Positions 54,149 to 64,000 of a DNA stretch of 64,000 nucleotides are shown here, piece by piece. The stretch lies in contig OX597815.1 of assembly GCA_951406725.2 (NCBI GenBank), positions 150,288,001-150,352,000 on the forward strand, given 5' to 3'. Position 1 is the first letter of the stretch; the number at the start of each line of letters is the position of its first letter. The notes under the pieces are model-generated. The model was given only the letters and a program-made list of their open reading frames with translations, was not told where the DNA came from and searched no databases. The DNA comes from Octopus vulgaris. Its lineage: Eukaryota. The position numbers were made by a program, and so were the translations under genes.

Positions 54149-54569
54149 AGACCAAGTCGGAACAGATATTTTCACGAGGCATTTCCGACCTTGCCAAGTT
54201 TATATCTGACCTAAAATTTTCAAATCGTCGCACTCGCGCCAAATTTATCGGCAGCAAATAAATATAAGCCGTCGATTCCATTACGGAATTAACCAGAAAA
54301 TTCATAATTAATCAATATAGGGTGGCAAAAAAATTTTGTAGAATTCTTTTGCCACCAGCGGCCTAGTAGGAAAAAAATTAAATAGTCATAGACCATTTTT
54401 AAGTTCAACAACAACAATCAAGGAACGGCCATAATAGGCCATTCACCCACTAGAAATAACAGCCAAAGCTTCAACCGCAAATAAAAGTTAATTCTGTAAA
54501 CCAGGAGAAAATTTTAAAAACATTTACCCTGTAATTTCTTATACGATATACCGTTTCATCTGCTGATTA

Positions 54570-54620
<51 letters not shown>

Positions 54621-55869
54621 GATATGTATAGATAGATAAAAAGATAGGTAGATACATACATACATACATACATACATACATACATGTAAATCCTCACTCC
54701 ACATTTATGCGTGTTTGTGTCTGGAAGGAGCAGATACAAACTGTGAAAATTTTAAGGAACAGAGCAAACGAAAAGCACCAAAATTTGCCCTTCATCAGCT
54801 TTCCTGTTTAAGTATTCTATCAGTTTCGGCTGTGATAGAACTCTTCCTAGCCTTCTCGAACAATTTGATACAGCTGTTAGGCAACTGATATAGTGAAGAC
54901 ATGTCACCATAACAGGAAAGCATATCGTGGAGTCATAGAGACTGGGACGAAAACAATGCAAGCATATGGAAATGATGTATGGATATAACTAGTGGTTGAA
55001 CAGAAATAAGAACAAAACAAATATGTAGGCCTGCTTAAGCTGATATTTAATAAAACGTTATTTTCTCGATAAAAATAAAATATTAATCAATTACGATGAA
55101 AATATAAATAGAGAAAATAGCGAAAGCACCAGTACGACAAACAGGACGCAGAAGGAAAAACACGGTGGATGATGGAACGATATTCTTAAGCAAATAACGG
55201 GAAAACGGAATAGCTCACTTTATTTGTCTAACTGGAGTGAAAGTGAGATTTACGGCCAAAGATGATGCAAGTGGTAATAAGCTGAGGCAGGAAGAAGGCC
55301 AAGTAGATACGTAGGGGACAACACTGTGGAAATAGGGGAGATAGGGGAGAGAGAGAGAGAGAGAGATAAGGGGTAAATAAGATTAAATGGACAAATGAAA
55401 AAAGAATGAAAAAGAGAATGAAAGGGACAAAAAGCAGAAGGGCTTTCTAGCAGATAGAATCGGTAAAAGACATGGAGTGAGAAAATTTGATTGAATGTAT
55501 CGGTACTCTTTAATATAAGAAATAGTCTTAAACTCTACTTACATAATAGACAGACAAATAAGTTTTCCCCAACTGTTCCAGTTATTCGCAACAGTTGTTA
55601 CAGCAATGTTATATTCTAGTTGCATTTACCGCGCGCATGTCAATGTAACTAAATTAAGGCAACTCTTAGTCATTAGTTTTGTAGTTTGTGGTGTATAATT
55701 TTAAACATAGGCATAAGAACTTTGATTCGCAACCGCGTAACTTCTGTAACAGTTTCACTGTTTAGCATCTCGAGGAGGTATTTCCAAATCTAGCCCCTGA
55801 CAGACGTATACGATCTGAAGTAATTTGGTAGACAGAAATCGTGCGGAATCTCACCGTATATATATATAT

Positions 55870-56290
55870 ATAAGTTCAGCAAAATTTAGATTCAAATGAA
55901 TATGGTACTTAAGTTAGATGCACCAGAATTTTGTATGGTGTTATCCATATAAATCTACTACCTTAATATTACTGCTCTCATCAGCAACGATATACCATAG
56001 TATAAATTCACGAGTATCTACACATACGTATACGAGTAGCGACATCTCCGTAGAAATATACAGTAAAGTAGAATGCAGTTTAGATCAAGGAGTAAATCTT
56101 TCAAATATTAATTTATAATTAGGGGTGAAAATCATTAATGATATTATTAGTAGTTACCTTATAGGTAAATTTTACAAATATTTTAATAATTATATGCATA
56201 ATTATAAAAAGGGATTGGCTATAAGATTCTCCATGCGCTGGAAAAGTCGACGCCAAAAGACGCTATTACCTCCTTAAGAACCCCTAGAAT
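55870..56290 (-). mobile_element. pLTR-like remnant with degenerate hammerhead (55913-55988)
   Basis: Minus GTTG-CTGATGA...cAAAA...TC-TAAC (GAAA damaged); 3' end shared with 18978-19060; ends at (TA)n. Confidence 0.45.
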
Positions 56291-56784
56291 AAAACACTGA
56301 GCTCTGCAGTCACTGCAGAGTAACTTTTGATAGTCAAGGTGCCATACAGTGGAATTGAACCCGGCACCACGTAGTTGGGAAGCAAACGTCTTACCATGCA
56401 GCCACCCCCGTGCTCACAGACAGATTTTGTCCACCATAGTTATTCAGAAGTTTTGAGGCTATAATAGAAAATATATGGTCAAATTGCTATGCAGTGGGAT
56501 TGAACCTCAAATATTTTTTAAAGAGAAGTATGCAGTAGTACAATATATATTGCTCACTGGAAGATTTTAAAATTTATGAAGTGAAGTATTCCCATGAAAA
56601 TAGTTAATTCCCCTCCCCCTCTTTATTGTTAAACTAGCCTTGATACCCCCTTAGGACATTCCCTGAGATTAGGGGAGTTGCTGGTTTGAGTTTCATTATC
56701 CTTGCACCAGCGGTCTAGGAGGAGTTAACGAACATAAAAATATAGCTGACAGAGAAACATCATTCAAATATATATACTGTTCTA

Positions 56785-57173
56785 TTCGAGGCACAAGGCC
56801 CGAAATCTGGCGGGAAGAGGGACAGTCAATTAGATCGAGCCCAATACGCAACCCGATACTTAATTTATCGACCCCAAAGAATGAAAGGCAAAATCGACCT
56901 TGGCGAAATTTGAACTCAGAACGTAAAAATAGACGAAATACCTATTTCTTTACTGCCCACAAGAGGCTAAACATAGAGAGAACAAACAAGGCCAGACAAA
57001 CGGATTGAGTTGATTATATCGACTCCAGTATGTAACTGGTACTTAATTTATCGACCCCGAAAGGATGAAAGGCAAAGACGACTTCGGCGGAATTTGAACT
57101 CAGAATGAAACGGCAGGCGAAATACGGCTGCACATTTCGCCCGGAGTGCTAACGTTTCTGCCAGCTTGCCGCC
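56785..57173 (-). mobile_element. SINE family B, internally duplicated form
   Basis: Reverse complement of the 32967-33342 architecture. Confidence 0.88.
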
Positions 57174-58072
57174 TCATCACCCAAATGTATATTAAGAAGA
57201 TAAAACAAAACTATGTCGAGGTAACTGTTAAACTGATGGATTTGGAGTGAGAATTACAGCCGTGAAGCAGCATTTTGCTATCGAAATCTTCTCTATCTTG
57301 CAATGATAACGATTAAAAGAAAGCATTTAAGACAGATTTTAAAGTTATTTCTACTGATAATCTAATTGAAGCATTGGTGGGACACAATATTGACTTTGTA
57401 GTATATCTTGGTTGCATAACGAAATACAGTTTTCATACCTTCAATTAATATTTAATATAGAGTCTAAAGACCAACAGAGGATCAGATTGATAAAAGAAAC
57501 GGAAAAGGAAAATAATACATTCAGCCTATGGAAGAAAGTAGAGTAATAATTTCCAGTAATTATTAAGAGTTTAAGAAATACCAAGCAACCTCTTATTTAG
57601 ATGCGTATTAATTAGTATTTTTCATATAATTTTATTATTTGCTTCAGTTTCTTCGTTTATTAAATATCTTAAATATTGCTGTACATTAAAGAGTCGTTTG
57701 GCTATAAAGCAGACGGTAGACATAAAATTTTATCTTGGATGACGATCACGAATTAAAGAAATTGATTGAATAGTAAATATATTTTTCCTTAATTTAATTC
57801 ATATTTTACTGGTCTGAAAAGAAAAACAAGCAGATTACAAAGCAGGGAAGGAAAAGAATCAAAAAGTATATATAAACAAATTTCAGACTTTATTTTACAG
57901 TATTTAATGTATGTTTTAATTTTTCAGTAACACGTTATAAGAAAACGAGGTTAAGTGAGTACTGAGTGTGTGTGTGAGAGAGAGAGAGAGAAAGAGGGAG
58001 TGTGTGCGTCTGACTCCGCTGATAGTGAGTGTATATATGATTATATGTATATGTAATAATACATATATACAT

Positions 58073-58140
<68 letters not shown>

Positions 58141-58262
58141 GCGTACGTATATGTACATTTATACATATATATGTGTACATATATATATATATAAATGTAC
58201 ATACATGTATACATGTATATGTACATATACACACACACACGTGTGCATGTGTGGGCATGTGT

Positions 58263-58303
<41 letters not shown>

Positions 58304-59130
58304 TGTGTGTATTTTCTCCGTGGGCAAACTTAATGTCGACTTCCCGGAATCGATAAAGTAATATTAGAATACAGATAATTCACTCTTTCTCTCTCTCTCT
58401 ACATACATATATATATATATATATATATACAAAAAACAATATTCATATCTTTCACTCTTTCTCTCACGCTCGCCTACTCTTTCTATGTATTTCTTTCTCT
58501 GACTCTTTCTTCCTTTATCTATCTCGCTCTCTTTCTCTCTACCTCACTTGCTCTCTCTCTCTCTCACTCTCCCCCTCTCTATATATATCCTTCTTTCTCA
58601 CTCACAAACGAACGGATGCGCATACAATCACACACACGAAGAACTGGCTATGCTGCATGTTGATTATGACCGTGGGAGGCCACAAACACCTTCTATTTGT
58701 CCAGAAATAGGCAAGACCTAGATCAAGATACCTTGAAGGACATTAAGGAGAAACTTAATGTTTCATCGAACACTTTTTCATCGAACACGGAAAGATAAAA
58801 CACAAGTTTATAAATCTAAACGCACACATAATATTGCGTATACACATATATACATATATAAGTGTGTATGTGTATACATATATATATATATAAGCATTTA
58901 TATGAATATATTTGTAATATGTATGTAGTTTAATGATTTCTTATATAATCCAAATTTATTTTATTACACACGGGTAGCAGTTGGGACACAGCCCCGAGTC
59001 TTTGAAAATCAGAAAATTCTGCCAAAATGGTTATGCCTTTAAAAATAAATGATCTAAAAGACTCCCCTTGCCTCTTTCACTTCTTTTCTCTATATATATA
59101 TACACTTACATATATGCATATAATATATAG

Positions 59131-59178
<48 letters not shown>

Positions 59179-59180
<2 letters not shown>

Positions 59181-59400
59181 CAGTTTTATATTTAAGAGAT
59201 AAGAAAATATGTACATTCTTTATATTATTTACATTTGATGGATATTTGTCCTCATCTTGTTTGTTGTTAACACAACGTTTCGGCTGATATACCTTCCAGC
59301 ATACATCCTAGTGAAAGCTGGAGGGTGTATCAGCCGAAACGTTGTGTTAACAACAAACAAAATGAGGAAAAATATCCGTCAAAGGAAAATAATGTAAATA
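59179..59400. mobile_element. Head-to-head pair of truncated hammerhead tails (22538 family)
   Basis: 59221-59300 versus 59317-59396 inverted; each keeps stem II-GAAACGTT-GTGTT but is cut before CTGANGA. Confidence 0.88.
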
Positions 59401-60051
59401 TCTATATGTGTATGTGTGTGTGTGTGTGTGCTTGTGTGTGTATGTACGCGTGTCTGTGTGTGAGAGTGTGCATGTGTATGAGTATATGTGCGTAGATGTG
59501 TACGATATGATAGCATATGTATGTATCATTACAGGCACACAAACTGCGACAATAATTTTAAATACTTTTTTGTGCATATTTACTTATTATGCTGCACTCA
59601 CTAATGTGAACAAAGCACTTGATCTTTGCTTATAGTCTTATCAAACGATTTTTCTCTAAAGACCATGTATGGAAACAATACATTCGCTCCAAGGAAGATA
59701 AATGAACTACTGGGCGTGTTGCTTCGGAGTAAATGGCGTTTCGTCAATCGCAATAACACATTTTATTTATAAGAATCTACAACTGTGCTGTATCCTTATT
59801 TCTGCACATAGGAAGTGTCACTTCTACTTAACTTCAAAGTACTATTGAAGATCTGATAATTACGCCGAAACTTGTGTCCAATATTTCATTTACTTCCCTT
59901 AAGCCTATTGTGTTTTGTACATAAATTGTCTATAAACATACGTTGTACTCCTGTATTATTCCCATCAACGGTGAGCTCTGTGAGTGTTCAGAAATGTGGG
60001 AGAAATGAACATACACAAGTTACAAGCACTTGTCAATGTGTTATTATCAAA

Positions 60052-60082
<31 letters not shown>

Positions 60083-60206
60083 AAACACATAATTATACAT
60101 AGAAAGTTACATATAGTATGCATATTTGATATATACATACATATACATTTATACATTTATATATATGTATGTATATACATACATATATATATATACACAC
60201 ACACAT

Positions 60207-60271
<65 letters not shown>

Positions 60272-60603
60272 AGGAAATAGAGAGAAAAATAGAGAGAAAG
60301 GGAATGGGAATGAGAAAGTGAGTAATAAATCTTTTGTAATCTATTTTATTAAGTATAGCCATCAATTACACATTGATTTTAACTGTTTTCTTTGAAATTT
60401 TTACTGCTTGTATTTAATACAGTTATACTAAGTCCTAAGCAGTTATAATTATAGGCAGTTCGTTGAATGCGTATGTATGTTCTTACATACACACTTTATT
60501 GCGTTCTTGTATGTTGCTTCATCTTTGCATTTATATGAGCGTGTTAATATATTTCATTTGCTCTGTATCTGCGTATACATACATATATATATATATACAT
60601 GAT

Positions 60604-60662
<59 letters not shown>

Positions 60663-61169
60663 GCGCGTATATATCATATACATATACTGTATGAGTGTGT
60701 GTGTGCGTGTGTGTGTGTGTGTGCGTGTGCGGCGTAATATATAACGCATAAAATGTCAGGATGAATATATTTATTTAATCACTTTTCATTCTTAGGTTTA
60801 CGGCTGTTTCGCAGACCTCATCATACAATAATAATTTCAATGTCTAATAAATGATATTTATTTGTCTGCACTAATATTCATTGTACGTATTATACAATAC
60901 AATTATTTCTTCGGAAATCAGTGCAGATAAAGAAAATTAGCTTTATCAAATCACCAGATCATCTTACACCAAGGACGCATTTCACATACAACAGTACCAC
61001 ATACAAAATTTTCTCTTTATATATATCCTGTATGGAAGACCGAGATTAAATAAAATGAACTTCCTATGATCGGTAAAGATTAAAATATGTTGTTTCATAT
61101 CACTTATTGGGAGCTTTTTGTAACACCCATACGATTCTATGGGTGCATATATTACGCTATAAATCTGTA

Positions 61170-61525
61170 TATATGATGGATTCTCTCGTCGTGAACAACA
61201 AATGAGGGTTCAGTAAAATAAAGTGATAATCATGTTCTATGGATATAAATCTGTCTCTTGAAGCCTGCTGGTGCCTTGCAAACATTTTGGTAAATGAAAG
61301 AAGTTGACTCAGTGCTTGTGGATCATTTAATATGTGTTGTCTTGAGTGGACGTCCACGCCTGCTTTGCTTCATACCACAATGCCATAATGACAGGTAAGG
61401 TTTCCATTTAGAGAAGCTGTGTTTTGCCAACGTACCTTCATACTTGGACAAAGTCAGTCCCAATGCTGGAGTCGACTTTGCTCAAATCTCTGAAGGAATA
61501 AGCAAGACTGGTGCCAGGTCCAACG
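61170..61525 (-). mobile_element. Probable RTE-type LINE 3' end
   Basis: Minus translation ...SLWHCGMKQSRRGRPLK...STSFIYQNVCKAPAGFKRQIYIH (decayed terminal zinc finger), short tail, then TA. Confidence 0.4.
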
Positions 61526-61567
61526 TTCTAATTATTCATATAAATACACTGTATTTATATGAATAAT

Positions 61568-62015
61568 ATATAGTCTATTGATTAGTTTTCTAAATGCTTG
61601 GCCACTTGTAGTAAAAAATTTCTAAATTTTTTCCTTACCCTGATATTTATTAATTATTGATAATTTTTGGCAAATTTTTGAAGAAACACCGCCATTATAT
61701 TACTTGGTGTCGTCAAAAAACTGCGCTTGCGCGGTGAAATTGAAAAATTATTCTATATAAGCTCGAGGCACATGCTGGATTGCCTCGTATTTATTTAATG
61801 TTGGCCTACATGTCGATGAAGGCTCCGCCTAGCAAATTAATTATTTAATTTGCTAATGTAGTGTTCGAAACCGTGGTCTGGGAGATTGATGGTAAATGTT
61901 TTTAATTTTTCGTTTCCTTCGTAATTTATCTCTAACAGTGGTTTGGATTTTGGATATTCCTTCTAGCATGCTAGGTTTTCTATGATGATCACCTCTTATG
62001 TGTTTAAATGTACAC

Positions 62016-62018
<3 letters not shown>
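61568..62018 (+). mobile_element. Diverged single monomer related to the 492-bp unit
   Basis: Colinear blocks shared with the array minus strand and a decayed hammerhead at about 61805-61884 (tcGATGA...GAAA-CCGTGG-TC). Confidence 0.6.
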
Positions 62019-62062
<44 letters not shown>

Positions 62063-62274
62063 CTTGTTCCATTATCTGGACTGTGGGCATACGGATGCAC
62101 ATCTTTGAATGTTTCAGCTAAACAAATCACCCTTAGTAATTACTTTTTAAGCCTGATACTTATCCTATCGGCATCTTTTAAAGTACTGCTATGTAACGGG
62201 GACGTAAACGAATGAACACCCTTGTCAACCGATACTGTGATACAAACTCACACATACACATAGACGCACATACA

Positions 62275-62332
<58 letters not shown>

Positions 62333-62491
62333 TATACATATATATACATATATATACATATATATACATATATATAAATACATATATACATATATACATA
62401 TCTTTTATTTAACTTTTAATACTTTTGATATTTATATAATAAAAAAATTAATTAATTAATTAATTAATTAATAGATATATTATATATATAT

Positions 62492-62561
<70 letters not shown>

Positions 62562-62563
<2 letters not shown>

Positions 62564-62900
62564 CGCATGGCTCAGTGGTTAGAGCGTCGAGCTTACGATC
62601 GTGAGGTTGTGAGCTCGAATCCCGGACCGGGCTGCATGTTGTGTTCTTGAGCAAAACACTTTATTTCACGTTGCTCCAGTTCACTCAGCTGTAGAAATGA
62701 GTTGCGACGTCACTGGTTCCAAGCTGTATCGACCTTTGTCTTTCCCTTGGATAACACTGGTGGCGTGGAGAGGGGAGGCCGGTATGTATGGGCGACTGCT
62801 GGTCTTCCATAAAACAACCTTGCCCGGACTTGTGTCTAGGAGGGTAACTTTCTAGGTGCAATCCCATGGTCATTCATGACCGAAGGGGGTCTTTACCCTT
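62562..62900 (+). mobile_element. tRNA-derived SINE family C, full length
   Basis: GGCGCATGGCTCAGTGGTTAGAGCG (A box) ... GAGCTCGAATCCC (B-box-like), body, inserted in (TA)n. Confidence 0.9.
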
Positions 62901-63120
62901 TATATATATATTTAAAATTTATAAGATTAAATTATTTAAATAATTTTTTAAATTTTATATTTTTTAATTAATTTTATGTATTGGCTTATGTTTTTCACTG
63001 TTTGATTTGCCTAATAGTGGTTTTATCTCTAATTTAATATAATATAATGTAATATATTTATACTATAAAATTGGATTTAATCCTAAATCTAATTTTTCCC
63101 TGTAAGTTTGGATTTATTCC

Positions 63121-63166
<46 letters not shown>

Positions 63167-63168
<2 letters not shown>

Positions 63169-63348
63169 CGCAGGAGTGGCTGTGTGGTAAGTAGCTTGCT
63201 TACCAACCACTTGGCTCCGGGTTCAGTCTCACTGCGTGGAACCTTGGGCAAGTGTCTTCTACTATAGCCTCGGGCCAACCAAAGCCTTGTGAGTGGATTT
63301 GGTAGACGGAAACTGAAAGAAGCGCGTCGTATATATATATATATATAC

Positions 63349-63413
<65 letters not shown>

Positions 63414-63655
63414 TGTGTGTGTGAGTGTGCTTGTGTGTTTATGTGTCTGTGTTTGTCCCCCTAGCAATGCTTGACAACCGATGCGGGTGTGTTTATTTTC
63501 CCGTCACTTAGCGGTTCAGCAAAAGAGACCGATAGAATAAGTACTGGGCTTACAAAGAATAAGTCCCGGGGTCGAGTTGCTCGATTAAAGGTGGTGCTCC
63601 AGCATGCCCACATTCAAATGACTGAAACAAGTAAAAGAGTAAAGAGAGAGTAAAG
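63167..63655 (+). mobile_element. tRNA-derived SINE family A, full length
   Basis: GGCGCAGGAGTGGCTGTGTGGTAAG...GGTTCAGTC, internal (TA)n(TG)n, GTAAAAGAG tail. Confidence 0.92.
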
Positions 63656-64000
63656 AGATGTATATATATATATTACGACAGGCTTCTTTCAGTTTCCGTT
63701 TAGCAAATCCACTCATAAGTATTTGAGCGGCCCAGTGCTATAGAATATACTTGCCGTACGTACGGGCATGCGTATGAGTGTGTGTGTCTGTAGGTATAAT
63801 AGTTGTTTTATAAGAATAAATATTTGAAACTGTTTACTCTACAGATGCAAAGGTTGTGCTACATCATCTGATGAAATCTATTACGTATAGACATTAAGTA
63901 ATATTTCAGACTTTTCTGAGATTCTGCAATCTTAAACCATCTCCTGTTTCAGTGTAAAGTTGTTATAATGATTTATTTCACGCCGCACCAACAGGTTTAT

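Larger units (their letters stand above)
52934..54571 (-). mobile_element. Tandem array of a 492-bp hammerhead-bearing unit (3.3 copies) inside (TA)n: non-LTR retrozyme / pLTR multimer
   Basis: Period 492 (units start at 52934, 53426, 53918, 54410); only a handful of differences between units; (TA)n on both sides; one hammerhead per unit. Confidence 0.9.

Noticed and set aside
53121-54305. 66-aa ORF repeated in each 492-bp unit
   Set aside because: Short, no recognisable motif, and repeated only because the unit is; it overlaps the ribozyme. Translation from a circle cannot be excluded but has no support.
52934-54571. CRISPR array or plain satellite interpretation
   Set aside because: No unique spacers and a eukaryotic context; a complete ribozyme per unit and (TA)n flanks argue against a featureless satellite.

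Overview
AT-rich, microsatellite-saturated animal genomic DNA. The SINE families and repeat load look like an octopus/cephalopod intergenic or intronic region (inference). I found no host protein-coding exon, and almost all listed ORFs are translated simple repeats. The window is a patchwork of mobile-element debris: three tRNA-derived SINE families, RTE, L1/Tx1 and R4-like LINE fragments, a Penelope-like (PLE) RT-GIY-YIG remnant, Tc1/mariner fragments and MITEs, and Helitron-like ends. The standout signal is RNA-level: more than a dozen type I hammerhead ribozyme (HHR) motifs from several families, mostly beside (TA)n tracts. Two arrangements are most notable. (1) A near-identical 3.3-copy array of a 492-bp unit at 52934-54571, each full unit carrying an intact minus-strand hammerhead (a retrozyme/circRNA-like element), with a diverged relative at about 61570-62018. 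(2) A chimeric SINE-like element made of a tRNA-like Pol III head, a triplet microsatellite and a hammerhead-bearing tail (22538-22891; relatives at about 15115 and 59180). All structures were read by eye, and boundaries of degraded elements are approximate.
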